From the human T2T-CHM13v2.0 reference genome, Homo sapiens, in NCBI RefSeq assembly GCF_009914755.1, contig NC_060927.1: a stretch of DNA of 64,000 nucleotides; one strand, given 5' to 3'. Below are positions 14,857-30,229 of this stretch, piece by piece. The position numbers and the translations under genes are program-made. The notes beneath the pieces are model-generated. The model did not search any database, was not told the DNA's origin, and saw only the letters and a list, made by a program, of their open reading frames with translations. The first letter of the stretch is position 1; each line of letters starts with the position of its first letter.

Positions 14857-15254
14857 TGTATTAGCTTGCTAGAGCTGCCATTCCAAAACACCATAGACTA
14901 GGTGGCTTAAACAACAGAAATGGATTTTCTCACAGTTCTGGAGGCTGGAAGGCCAAGATCAGGGTGCCAGCATGGTGGGCTTCTGGTAAGGGCTTTCTCC
15001 CTGGCTTGTAGACAGCCGACTTGACTTCTAGTTATGGCCTCACATGGCAGAGAGAGAGAGTGTGTGTGTGGGCAAGATGTCTAATTTCTCTTCTTTCTTC
15101 TTATAAAGGTGCTAATCCCATCATGAAGGCACCACCCTTAGGAATTCATCTAAACCTAATTACCTCCCAAAGGCCTCATCTCTAAATACTGTCACATTCA
15201 GGGTTCGGGTTTCAACATATGAATTTAGGGAGGGGCACAATTCAGTCTGTTGCA
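14857..15254 (-). mobile_element. MLT1A-like MaLR LTR
   Basis: TGTATTAG...GGTGGCTTAAACAACAGAAAT...TTCTCACAGTTCTGGAGGCTGGAAG...TTCAACATATGAATTT. Confidence 0.8.
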
Positions 15255-15850
15255 GGGAAAAAAAGGACAATTATGTCCCCTTTTAAGGGACTGGTTAAGT
15301 GGCTACTGCAGCTAAGTATCCTTGGAGGATAATCTTCATTTCCTCTTCTTCACATTTCTATACAGGGGAGACTTGCTCTCCCCAGAATATGAAGTAGGAG
15401 GGTTGGAGTGAGCCTTTCCCCTCTCTCTCCCTTTGGGGAGAAGGAATAACTAATGGGTGACCCGTAGGTGTTCACGGAGTAAGGGGCACCAGGAGACAGT
15501 CACTGCCTTTTGCTCCTTTGGGCTCCTCAGAGCAGAGCAGACACCTGCTTTCCAGCCTCTCTTGACTTCTGTGATAAGCCGCCTGCTCGGGGAATTGCCC
15601 CTCTCTGCCACCCACCACCACTACCAAACAGGATGGTCACTATTCTCCTGCTGCTTCTACTCCACTGGTTTTCTAGAAACAGGCCCATAATCTTTCCCTT
15701 GTAGTAGCTTGAAAAAGTGGACTCACAGTCTGCATGGCAGAACATGCCGATCCCAAAGCCTAGCTCAGGGAGGAAGTATGAGATCCCACCCCCTCTCCCA
15801 ATACAGTGGTTAGAAGAGAGCCCTGACATTTTGGAAGCTTACTTGCCATC

Positions 15851-16545
<695 letters not shown>

Positions 16546-18604
16546 CCATCAATCCAGCTGATGCTCTGAAGTGCCTTTGGCCAATGGTCTTGAGCCTATT
16601 CTCAGTCACCCCTAAAGGGAAGGAGAGATGGCTTTAGACAATCCAGCAAGCACCAGTGTGAACTATGAGCTTCTTGATAGCCAAATATCACTGACAAAAA
16701 GTGGAAATATGGCTAACATGAAAGAGAAAGAAGACTATGGCCTGATAGAAGGGATGTTGAGTAACATAGTGAATGGGGTCCTCAAGGATGGCTTAGCAGA
16801 AGACATCAAGATGGCCAGCTTTTGTAATAGTGTGTAATAAAAACTAAGGGCAAGGTATTTGTTATTCAGTGTGAGAGATCTGGATTAATACCATTCAAAC
16901 CTCTTGCTTTCTGCTGACCCAATCAGATATAAGGAAAAGGCTTAATTCATTGTCTCAATCATGTTCGGGGCAGGAAAGAAATATCAGACAATTTAAAATT
17001 AACCTTGTACACGACCATAACCATGAGAATAAAAACTCTTGTGACTCTTTGGAAAGTAATTTTACAATATTTATTGAGAGTCTTAATTATGCCCTTCTCC
17101 TTAACTAGAAATTCCAATTCTGTAAATTTATCCTAAGAAAAATAAAATGTTAAAAGTTTAGATTGTTAAATACATTAGGAAAATCATGGTACATAAATGA
17201 TGAAAAATTATGCGGTCATTTGAAATGAAACTTATGAGGAATTTATGTTGCTGTAATGTTATATGACAAAAGCATGTAATAAGTTATATACAATGTATAT
17301 ATTGTACATACAGTGATCATAATCATGTAAAATCATAAAGAAAAGTTAGAAAAAGGGCAAATAATGAGAGTAGTTATCTTCTTTCACCTTATCTGTATTT
17401 GTCTATTTTTTTCCAGTAAGCATACATTATTTAGAATTGAAAATAAAATAAACTATAATTATATATATCATATATCTTATATATCATATATATGATATAT
17501 ATATATCTCTTCATACTTTAGATACCAGCCTGGAAGACAACGGAGCTGTCATTCTGTTAAAAAATTAAGAGAAGTACGCAGAACCTGCCTTTTTCTAAAT
17601 GAGAAGCTTTGGAAGCGACTGGACACTTTTGGCCATTGCAGTCCACAGGTAGCCTCTCTGGGGGCAATAGACAGACTTTTTCACTTCTTGTATTTACTCC
17701 CCAAATGCTTGATTACATAGCTTGTCACCTGTCAGGGGGGCCAGCTAGCTAGTTGCTGGGTTGAGTGGTTAATCCAATGATTTGTATAGCTGGCTCACTA
17801 AGGAAATCATAGGTACTCAATATATAGCTACTGAACAATTCAATGAATGATTGAATTAGTTATCATTTAACCTATTGGCTGGGAAGTGCTGAAAGAATTC
17901 AAACCCTCTTAATATGCTTCAAGTCCAGCCTGCACTCTCTACCTTCAGGGATCCCTGCTGGGCCACTTGGCCCTTGCTCCTTTCTCCAGCAGAAATCATC
18001 CCCCCTGTACCCCTTTCTCCACTCCCACATTCCCTTATGGCCTGGTACAGACCACTGCTGTATTATCTGAGTCATTAGCATAGCCCTGATGCCATTTGTT
18101 TATTTGTCTGACTTCCTCACTTGACTCTGAGCTCTCTGCAACAAGGTTTTGCATGTTGTTCAATTTAAAAAATCTGCCTCTAAGGTTATAAGCAGAGCCC
18201 AGGACATATCTATTCAACATGACATTTCATAGGGGTTCAGCAAATGTTTGCAAACAAACAAAAAAGGAATGCAGGACAAGGATATTTTGAGTACCAATGA
18301 GCCATCCAGCCCTGAGCTAGGTTCAGTCTCTGAAGGCATGAAGAAGGAACCACAGGAGAATTAACATAACTCTCACCACGCTTCATTGCAATCCATCGTT
18401 TACTTGTTTCTTTTCACCTGTAGATTATAAATGTCATGAAGACAGGGGCTGTGTCTGTCTTATTCACCTAACTAACCACAGCAACTCACACCATGCCATG
18501 GAAGGCACTCAAAAATTTTATGTTGAAGCGATAAGTGGATGGCAAAGGCACCCCAATTTTCAGGATTGATTTCCTCCAACTGTAATTAGTCACTGAGCAA
18601 AACA

Positions 18605-18739
18605 GCCCAGGCTGGAGTGCAGTGGTAGGATTATGGCTCACTGCAGCCTCGACATCCTGGACTTAAGTGATCCTCTCATCACAACCTCTGGAATAGCTGC
18701 AACTACAGGTGTGTACCACCACGACTAGTTAATTTATAT

Positions 18740-18778
<39 letters not shown>

Positions 18779-18893
18779 TTGAGAGAGACAGAGATCTCAT
18801 TTTGTTGCTCAGATTGGTCTCAAACTCCTAGCTTCAAGCAATCCTCCTACCTCGGCCTCCCAAAGAGCTAGGTGTGAGCCACTGTGCCTGGCC
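18605..18893 (-). mobile_element. Alu (J-type) with internal (TTTA)n
   Basis: Diverged reverse Alu; central linker expanded to (TTTA)n. Confidence 0.88.
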
Positions 18894-19161
18894 CTCTTGC
18901 TTTCTTATTGAGAGCCAAGTATAGTTGGAGACTGGTGGAGGTTTTCTCTCCCCAGCAGAAGGTTACCTGGAGACTTTGGCAAGAGCCACAGCAGTTCCTA
19001 AAAGGAAAAGAAACCTCAAAGGAGAATGTTAATCTCCCCGATCAGGTAAATGAGCAACAACAGGTAACAAATAATTCACCCCAGTGATCCCTCAGAATTG
19101 CATGCCTGTCTTTAAATCTCCTTATACAAGCTGACTTCCTTAGAAAAAGCAGGTAAAATCA

Positions 19162-19296
19162 GAAAGCAAGAAAGCAAGGAAGGAAGGGAAGGGAAAGGGA
19201 GGGGAGGGGAGGGGAGGGAAGGGAAGGGGAGGGGAGGGAAGGGAAGGGGAGGGAAGGGAAGGGGAGGGAAGGGTACGGAAGGGAAGGGAAGGGAAA
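19162..19296. repeat. Polypurine (GGGAA/GGGGA)n repeat
   Basis: ~130 bp almost purely G/A on the + strand. Confidence 0.92.
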
Positions 19297-19677
19297 AGAG
19301 AGAGTCCTTAAATTCTTGAGACAAATGCAGTTACAGGACATAGGGCTCTATCTTGACATTTTGCAAAACTACATCCGAGCCTATCCTTTGCTCAGCTCTA
19401 CGTCAGCCAAAGCCTCAGTTATAAATAAATTCACAAATATACGGAACGCTGGGCCTCGCCCCAAGGCCAACGTTCCTCGTTCATGTGTGCATTCACCAGC
19501 TCCAGCTCTCCCTGGAAACATCCTTTTCTATGTAACAGCCTAAATCATCCTAAAGAGGACATTCTCCAACATTAGCATACCTAACAATCAACACGGAGAT
19601 TTCCAGGACCTGTTCCAGAAACACGGATTCAGTAGGTTTAGGGTGGAAGTTTGGAATCTGCCTTTTAACCAACTCCC

Positions 19678-20053
19678 TGCTATGGACTGAATTGTTTCAC
19701 CCCAAAATTCATATATTGAAGCCCTCACCCCTAATGTGATGGCATTTGAAGATGGGGCCTTTGGGAGGTCATTATGTTTAGATGAGGTCGTGAGGAAGGG
19801 AGCCCCATGATGGATGGGATTAGTGCCCTCATAAGAAGACATGCCAGAGAGCTCTCTCTACTCTCAAGTACCCAGGAAAGGCCATAACAAGACACAGCCA
19901 GAAGACAGCTATCTGCAAGCCAGGAAGCGCCCTCACCAAACAGACACGGACCCTGCTAGCACCTTGCTCTTGGGCATTCAGCCTCCAGAATTGGGAGACG
20001 ATCAATTCCTGCTGTGAAGGTATTTTATTAAGGCAGCCAAAGCTGACTGAGAT
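19678..20053 (+). mobile_element. MLT1A-like LTR inserted in a MER5-like element (approx. 19560-20106)
   Basis: TGCTATGGACTGAATTG...CCCCAAAATTCATATATTGAAGCCCT...CAGCCTCCAGAA; left flank shows GATTCAGTAGGTTTAGGGTGG...GGAATCTGC MER5 motif. Confidence 0.75.
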
Positions 20054-20449
20054 ACTTCCCCGATCACTGTGATGTCCAGTGCCGAGGGCCTATGCTTTGA
20101 AAATCAATATTCTAGTCTTAGGCCAAAACTCTCCTCCCTGCTTCCCCAGCCACTCCTTGAGCTTTCTTCTTCCTCATGGCCCTCTCGGCCATCTGGACAG
20201 GCTTCTTCCTGGATACAAGTCACATGAATGTCACTGACCTGTGACTTTGTCTTTGTTTCCTGAGTGCATCACACAGTACATGGCCTACGGCAGGCATTCA
20301 GAAAATATTGATTTCATGAATGAATAGGTGAATGAATGAGTGAGCAAATGAATGAATTTATATCACATAGAATAATTAACTTCCCTTTTAGTATCTCCCT
20401 AATCCTTCCAACTCTAACTTGAGGAAGCTATGACTTGCTTTCAAGATCA

Positions 20450-20857
<408 letters not shown>

Positions 20858-22012
20858 CTAATGGAGGCCCTCAGGTTATTCACTAAAGCTCAGAGAAGAT
20901 CATTTTCCAATCAGAGACATCCACAAGTGGAATGGTGCTAGAATCTTCCCTCCCCTGCAGGAAAGCCCTGGTCAGCCAGGTCAGATGTGGGCAGATGGTT
21001 TGCTCTTCTCCACCGAGTACTGAGTGAAGCCTTGGGCTGGAAATCCAGGTAGGGAGGTTAAGGACAAATTTGGAATTAAAACACAATAAGCCCCTTCATT
21101 CCTTCCCCATTCACATCCTCCATTCTTAAGGCTGGGAAAAAAAAAAAAAAAAAAGACCCCTTACTTCCTCATGCAAGACTGCCCCCAGGCTTAATCAGAG
21201 CCTTAACTGCTGTCTTTGGCTGTGTTGTAAGCACAGTGACAATGATCAGGTTAGGTGTTTAGAACAGTATGATGTCAGTCGGGCTTGTGATGAAAGAGTC
21301 GCTGACAGACAGTGCAAGCCAACACCATGAGAACAGCTCAGGCTATGAGGTCATTCAGTCCAACAGGTAGGCAGGTTTGTTTTCTTAGCCCTGACATTCG
21401 ATGCCCTGCCGGTTATTGAATAACCAGAAATGAGGCGACTCCTACAAATTCCTGGATCTCCATGGGGATGGAGAAGGAGGGGCTGTGCTTCGTCTGCCAA
21501 ACTGTGGGTTTGATTAAGGGCACCGGAGGAGAAGCCAGAACTGGAAACCTGTCTCTAGGAAGATGGGTAGATGAAAGAAAATGCAAGAAAGATATTCAGG
21601 GGCAAGTGGGATCATTTCTGCAGAGGTGAAAAATGATTCTGCATCCCATTTAATCCAATCATGCCCTGCTCCTAGAGAGGAAAGTGAAACACCCTCAGAC
21701 TGAACACGTGGTCAAACTCAGATGAATGAAGCAGCCAGTTCACAGCAAATTTACTTTTCAAAAGACTGGGAAAGAAGGGAATTGGGGGAACTTTTTTTCT
21801 GTTTGTTGAGGAGGGAGATTATTTATTAACTTGTTTATTTTACTACCCAATATATACCACACATAGGACCCCATGTGCAAAGATTTCACAGCTTTAAGAA
21901 CATGAAATATTTTAATGAAAGACTGTAGTTAACATTTCAAAAATGTAAGTTCAAGCCAAGCCTACTTTCCTTTGAACATTTCATAGAAGTTAAAGGAAAC
22001 GGGGGTTGTAGG

Positions 22013-22331
<319 letters not shown>

Positions 22332-22373
22332 TTTAGATTTTGTTTTTAAGCATAATATTGGAGGTGGAGTGAT

Positions 22374-23153
22374 CTATTAGTTTCCCGGGGGGGCTGCCAT
22401 AACAAAGTACCGTAAATTTGGTGGCTTAAAAGACCAAGAATGGGCCAGGCACGGTGGCTCAGGCCTGTAATCCCAGCACTTTGGGAGGCCGAGGTGGGTG
22501 GATCATCTCAGGTCGAGAGTTCGAGAACAACCTGGCCAGCATAGAGAAAACTCGTCTTTACTAAAAATACAAAAATTAGCCGGGTGTAGTGGTGGGTGCC
22601 AGTAATCCCAGCCACTTAGGGGGCTAAGGCAGGAGAATTGCTTGAAGCCGGCAGGCGGAGGTTGCAGTGAGCTGAGATCGAGGCATTGCACTCCAGCCTG
22701 GGCGACAGAGCGAGACTCGGTCTAAAAAAAAAAAAAAAAAAAGACCAAAAATGTATTAATGTATTGTGTCACAGTTCTGGAGGCCAGCAGTCTAAAATCA
22801 AGGAGTCAGCAGGACCATGCTTCCTCCGAACCCTGTAAGGGAAACTCCTTCCTTGCCTCTTCCTAGTCTCTGGTGGTTGCCAGCAATTCACGGCATTCTT
22901 CGGCCAGCAGCTATATCACTCCAACTTCTGCCTCCATCGTCACGTGGAGTTCTCACCTTGAGTGTTTCTGTCTCTGTGTCTCATCTATTTTTATGACACC
23001 ACTCATACTGGATTAAGGACCCACCCTATTCCATTATGACCTCATCTTTATTAATTACATCTGCTATGGCCCTATTTCCAAATAACGTCAATGCTGAGAA
23101 TCTGGAGGTGAAGACTGAATATCTTTTTAGGGGACAGGATGCAACCCCCAACA
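22374..23153 (-). mobile_element. MLT1C-like MaLR LTR interrupted by an Alu
   Basis: TATTAGTTTCC...GCTGCCATAACAAAGTACC...GGTGGCTTAAAA [Alu] ...TCACAGTTCTGGAGGCCAG...CCCTATTTCCAAATAA. Confidence 0.78.
22443..22742 (+). mobile_element. Alu (S-type) inside MLT1
   Basis: Full Alu; TSD AAAGACCAAG/AAATG on both sides. Confidence 0.95.
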
Positions 23154-24980
23154 GTTATAATCAGACCAACTCGTAAAAGAAAAACACAGAGCTCACGGCC
23201 TCCACCTAGTTCCTGTCAGCACTGGGAAGGCCCTTTTACATCAGCAAAGCTACTGATACATCAGTGATTCTTTCCAAAGAGGGGAACAAACCATTCATTC
23301 ATCAATTATTTGTATTAATAGCAGTAGAACTAATAATACTAATACTAATAGTACTACTACTAGCAAAAATAATTGAGGACATGCAATATATGAGCAGGTA
23401 AGAGCCAAATTGTTGTGGTAGAAGGCTGAGAAGGCTTACAAGAGCCCCTCCTGCTCAGCATCACCCCAGGCCCTAATCCCTCATTCTCTGGGGATGAAAG
23501 GCCTTGAGGCATGGTTTAAAAGCCATTAGACTACCTATGGAGAAACTGAGGCCCAGAGGGGCAGCAGTGAAAACCTTCTCCAGGGACACACACAATAAGT
23601 CTATGGGAGGCAGGACTGGAAGCTGGGTCCTTCCCTGATTTCTAGTTCAAAGCCTTCTGTACACGCTCATGTTCTTGGGGTAAAGCGAACAAGAAGATGG
23701 AGTTTCATGCTCTCTGGTCTTCCTTTTCAACCAGACTGGCTCTGTTCCTGCAGCCTCCTGTGTGTCCCCACACTGCATTTCCTGGCAAGGAACATCATTC
23801 ACATCCAGCCCTAGGTCCCGGGTATGTGCTGTGATTCTCATCCCCAGGGTCAGCGGAAGGGACTCAATGACTTTCTGGGTCTTTTCCAGTCCAGGGATAC
23901 TGCAACCACAATTAGGCTTCCAGATTTTGGTTCTAGTCTGCCACTTCCTTGCTCTGTAACTCTGGTGAGGCCCGAACTCCCTGGGAGTTACCCCACTGCC
24001 ACAATGGCCCTTCCATCCCTCTCTGGAGGAGAAACATCAAGGTTCACAAGACACAGATGGGGAGTTGTTTTTTCACAAGTTTGCTCTGAACCCGTCTTTT
24101 CCTGATCCACGTAATTGACAGAGACAGAATGAGTTGGGGTTGGGGGGTGGTGCATAGACTTCAAAAAGCAAACAAGCCCCCAAGGACATTTCCAACTCAG
24201 TCTGGGACAGTTTAGAAATCCATATGCAAAGAACCAACCCTGAAGCCCAGGTTTTTTAGTCCAACCAACTAAACCCTGGGAGGACCTTCCAAGGAGGCAG
24301 GGGTGCCGTCATGAAATGCTCTGTTCGCATCAGAGGTCAGTCTGACTTCCGTCCACTAAAACTACTCTCCAGAGACTCATTGCAACCTTCAACGCGGTTG
24401 ACTCCGGAGTCACTCTCCTGCCAATCAATGGAACGGCAGTAGTTTGGAGAAATTGCCAGAGAGTAGTGCCTCTAGGAGTCACGATTGGCCTCGATGTGTG
24501 GATTCAGGACATCTGCATTCCAGCCTGGCCTCTGCTACTTACTAGCAGATAACTTGGGACCAATCTCTTAAGTACTCTTGAGCCTGTCTCAGAGCTGTAA
24601 ATTGAAGCAGCATTCATTCAACACTCATTGGGCACCTACAACGTGCCAGGTGCAGTGCAGGGGGATGGCATATTTTGCCCCTCTCTACTTCACAGGCTGC
24701 TGTGACTATCAGGCTGTTCGGAGTCTGGAAGTGGCTGCTAAACGCTCGTGATGTGTAAATATTGTTTCTACTGCAGGACTCCCATGGAGTGGGAGATGCG
24801 TCCTCAGCGAGTCCCCTACCCTCGGATGCTCCTGCTCTGATTTCATATCAAAGCAATGTGATTAGCTCTGAGGTTTTTCATGATTTTCCTTCATAAGACC
24901 CATTTCGAGGGCTAAAGTGACACCTGAAAAAGTATGATTCATGCAAATAGGCATTCTCCAGTTTATCTTTTAAAATGGTG

Positions 24981-25288
24981 GGCCGGGTGTGATGGCTCAC
25001 GCCTGTAATCCCAGCACTTTGGGAGGCCAAGGCGGGCGGATCACGAGGTCAGGAGATCGAGACCATCCTGGCCAACATGGTGAAACCCCATCTCTACCAA
25101 AAATAAAAAAAATTAGCTGGGCATTGTGGTGGGCGCCCATAGTCCTAGCTACTCAGGAAGCTGAGGCAGGAGAATGGAGTGAACGCGGGAGGCGGAGGTT
25201 GCAGTGAGTTGAGATCACACCCCTGCACTCCAGCCTGGGTGACAGATCGAGACTCCATCTCAAAAAAAATAAACAAATAAATAAATAA
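24981..25288 (+). mobile_element. Alu (Sc/Y-like)
   Basis: GAGATCGAGACCATCCTGGCC diagnostic; TSD TAAAATGGTG at 24971-80 / 25289-98. Confidence 0.95.
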
Positions 25289-26869
25289 TAAAATGGTGAA
25301 TGGTACGGACTTTGCCTTATTCATCCTGCAGGGTAATGCACACAATAGGTGCTCAATAAATACATTGAATGAATAAATGAGTGAATGAATGCATAAAGGC
25401 AAACCTTGCCTCCAAGAAGGAGAATTAGTAAAATGGAATCAGAAGGAAGGAAAACTTTTCCATGAGTTTATTTTACCCATCTCCCAGGATACCAGCATCC
25501 TCTCTAACCCTCTCCAGCTCCTGTGAATGACTCAAGGTTGTGTGTTCCCTCTCCAGCTATGATCCCTCTGTCTAGTGATCTTCATGCACTGTCAGGAGGC
25601 CAGGTGCGACTCCAGGAGCTCAGGCTCCCGACATCTTGTTACAGCAGTCATACGAAGGAAGTGGGCGACGTGCGTGTCCCCCACCACCCTCGCACTAACT
25701 GCTAGGGCCAAGAGGAATATTTTCATCCAGTCTTTCTCCCCCTTTCTTTCTTCTTTTAAGCTTCTTCCAGTGATAAAAGCTGGAGCAAATTGAAATTGGC
25801 AGCTCTGTGGTCTTCAAGCAACAGGAAAAGTACTAGAGATCATGTGAACGACACTTTTGAAAACCCTTTAAAAAAATCTAATCTTGCCTCAATAAAAACG
25901 ACATCATGTCACTGTAATCGGCAGAGGAAAGGCTTGGAAGTTGCTGGCAGTGGCCCAGCAGAGTTCAGGGGTTATGTTGGCTGTGGTGATTTCCCACGGG
26001 AAAGGTAGACGAAGAGTACTGCCTCTCAGGTGAGCTTCTAGGCCTGTCAGGTGCGAGGCGGAGTGGGGAGGAATAAGGTCCCCCCGCCATGCTGAAGTCT
26101 CCCTGTAATCTCCGGCACTGCTGTAACAGACTCAGAGGCAGGCTCCTCCACCCTCCTCTCCCACCTGCCTTTCTTCCTGATGGAGCTTTTGGCTGTGCTC
26201 CTCCCTCTGGTTGGCTGACTTTAAGGGAGAGATGAGACAAGAGCTAACCTGGGAAGTCTCAATGAGGACAAATCTCCTGGTGAGGGCACAGATCTAGAGC
26301 CAAGGAGGGTGGCACTAAATGCTCCAATTGCACTCAAGTGTGGAGTCCTTGCAAATTCACCCCTGTGTGGTGTGAGCCAAGGACAACAATCAAATGGCAG
26401 GTTGACCACGCTGTAGCTGGCCATTCTGCAACGGGGGCTGCTTTAGCCCTGGGAAGTGCAGTGCTGGGAGCTGGTTTTCACAGCGTTGCAGCTTACCTTC
26501 CATGGGTAGTTCCTATCTACTACTAGCCAGTAATCCATTAGCATGGATGGGTATATAAGGGATAGGCAAGAATGGCCACTGCAGGGTTTGAGGGACAGGG
26601 GCCACAGATGGAAGAGTTACTTTTCAGGATTTACCCTTTTGTACGGGTTGACATTTTTAAACATATTTTGAAGTTCAATCATTCAATAGATAAGGAGACA
26701 AATCCATCAGCAGCAAATGAGCCTTCAGATGATGCCTGCCTCTCCTGCATCCCTCATCTCCCTTCTCAGACTGGGGGACACAGGCCCCTTCAGGGATACA
26801 GACTGGCCCAACAGGGAGAAATCTGAAATTTCACTTTTACTTGAAGGGCGGAGGGAGAGGCAAAGACAT

Positions 26870-27171
26870 CTTTTTTTTTTTTTTTTTTTTTTTGAGATGG
26901 AATCTCACTCTGTCGCCCAGGCTGGAGTGCAATGGCCTGATCTCGGCTCACTGCAACCTTCTCCTGGGGTTCAAATGATTCTCCTGCCTCAGCCTCCTGA
27001 GTAGCTGGGATTGCAGGTGCCCGCCACCACGCCCAGCTAATTTTTGTATTTTTAGTAGAGATGGGGTTTCACCATGTTGGTCAGGCTGGTCTCGTACCTC
27101 TGACCTTGTGATCTGCCCACCTCAGCCTCCCAAAGTGCTGGGATTACAGACGTGAGCCACCGTGCCTGGCG
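26870..27171 (-). mobile_element. Alu (S-type)
   Basis: Poly-T then reverse Alu. Confidence 0.95.
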
Positions 27172-27200
27172 GAGACATAATTTTTATATAAAAAGAAATA

Positions 27201-27564
<364 letters not shown>

Positions 27565-28169
27565 TCATTCTTAGCATATGCCGTATACCAACAAGCCAAC
27601 CACTGAGCCCGTGATGTACTCAGTGCTGGTTCTTGTGTTTAAGGGCCTCTGAGGCTGCAGCGGCATTTGAGGTTGTACCTTCCTCCAGGGGCTGCACACG
27701 TGAAGCAGAGCCTAGTTGCTGTCCATGACCTAGACAGCAGGTGTTCAGAGGGCTAGTGGGTGTTGGGGTGGTGGTTGCCTGGAAGGGCGGGAAGGATCTT
27801 GATTGGCTGAGGACACTGAGGGCTGGGAGACTGTACGAGCAAATGTTGGTAGTGGCTTGGCCTTGGTAGAGGGTTGGTCCTGGGACAGAGACAAGTATGA
27901 GGTGCAGCATAGAGACAACAAAAGTGGATCCAGATTACAGAAGGCTCCCATGGGGGAGTCACACGGTTTACATCCATGTGGCCAGCGAGTGCTGCCCAAA
28001 CTTGCTGTGTTAGTTCTACCCCCACAATACGTCCAAAATCCAACTACCTCTTTCCTACCATTCTGTTCCAAGCCAGCTTCACTTCCTACCTGGATTAAGG
28101 TTACAGTTTACCTCTATCCTTGCCTACACAGAGCAGCCAAACTGATCCTTTACAAAGATGAAGCATGTC

Positions 28170-28514
<345 letters not shown>

Positions 28515-29024
28515 TCAAAACTTTGCAATGGCTCCCGCCTCCCCGAGAGCAACAGCTAGATCCTTAGAATGCCCTCCTTCTCACCAGCCTGCATCATCGG
28601 GCCCCATCACTCTCACTCTCAGCTCCATCTCCCTCCTCTTCCCCTTGCTCACTTTGCCCCAGTCACTCTGGCCTCCTGGCTGTTCCTAGAGCAGGTGGTC
28701 CTGCCTCAGAGCCTCTGCACCTGCTGTTCCCTCACTCTAGAAAGCTTCCCCCAGCAAGCTCAAAGTCAAAGTCATCTCTCTAAGGCCTTTCCTGAGCATG
28801 CAATTTAAACCTGCACCCTCCCGGCACTCCCCTTCCCCTTTCCCCACTTAATCTCCCTCTAGAGTACCAATTACCTTTTAAAATAGCATTCAACCGATTT
28901 ATTTATTTTGCTTATCTGTCTCATCTAAAATGTAGGCTCCAAAAGCATACGGATTTTTTTTTTCTGCTTTCTCAGAATGTAATGTCAGGCAAACTCTTCC
29001 TCTGGAAGAGTTCCCATTAATAAG

Positions 29025-29747
29025 TGTTGAAGAAATGAGGGAAATTTGAAAAAATTCCCATTAGATCACCACAATAATAGTTGCTACAGGCAAGATCCTT
29101 TGATGGATTCTAAATTTAGTAGACAGAAGTATAAGCAGAAATAGACCATTTGCATAGTCTTGAAGTACTCTCCTCCACCCCCTACAAAAATATTTAGGAA
29201 ATACAAAGGGAAAATTGTAACTTTACAGTGAACCATCCTTGCAGAAACCACTTCAACAAAGTGATCACGGTTAACATCAGCCATGAGATAAAGTGGCATC
29301 ATGGAACCCCTGACATGACGCCTGGAAAGGGCACATTCTCTCTGTGATGTCCTTCCAATAATGCAGCTCCTCGACACAATCCTGAGAAGACACCAAACAA
29401 ACACAAATGGAGGAGCAGGCTACAAAATAACTAACTAGTCCCCTAAACCGTCAGCAAGTGCAGGAGAGTAAGGACACGTGACTTCTAAATGCACTGTGGA
29501 ATCCCAGATGGAATCCTACAACAGAAAAAAAGACTTGACTAGGAAAAAATGGTAAAATCCAAATCAAGTCTGCCATTTATAGTATTGTACCAAGATGATT
29601 CTCTTAATTTTGATGACTATTCCACGGTTGTGTAAGACTGACATAAGGGGAAGCGGGTTAGAGGGTATAAGAGAGTTCACTCTACTATTTTTGCAACTTC
29701 TCTGTAGATCTAAAATTACCTCAAAGCAAAACATTTTGAAAAAAAAT
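29025..29747 (+). mobile_element. Old L1 (L1MC4-like) 3' UTR fragment
   Basis: AAATACAAAGGGAAAA..GTAACTTTACAGTG...AAGTGATCACGGTTAACATCA...TTTTTGCAACTTCTCTGTAGATCTAAAATT + A tail. Confidence 0.7.
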
Positions 29748-29908
29748 CATCAGAGGTAACTGCAAATTTGTCAATCTTCTTTCACAGAACTTTATACTTC
29801 TCAGCAGAGAGGAGGGAAAATCAGTCTAGGAGATATCATTATTAAACTTGGAATTTGGAAGAAGGGTCTGCCAGTTAGTTGCTCAAGTAACAAACCTGGT
29901 GTCCTTTC

Positions 29909-30229
29909 CTTTTTTTTTTTTTTTTTTTAAAAAAAAAAGGTCTCACTCTGTCGCCCAGGCTGGAGTGCAGTGGCACAATCACAGCTCACTGCAGCCTTGA
30001 CCTCCTAAGAACAAGTGATCCTCCCACCTCAGCCTCTCGGGACCACAGCTGAGCACCACCAGCTGGGACCACAGCTGGGCACCACCACACCCTGCTAATT
30101 CTTCATTTTTTTTGTAGAGATGGAGTTTCCCTATGTTGTCCAGGCTGCTCTCAAACTCCTGGGCTCAAGCCATCCTCCCGCCGTGGCCTCCCAAAGTGCT
30201 GGGACCACAGGCACGAGCCACCACAACCC
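29909..30229 (-). mobile_element. Alu (J-type) with internal duplication
   Basis: Diverged reverse Alu; duplicated GGGACCACAGCTG(A/G)GCACCACCA. Confidence 0.9.
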
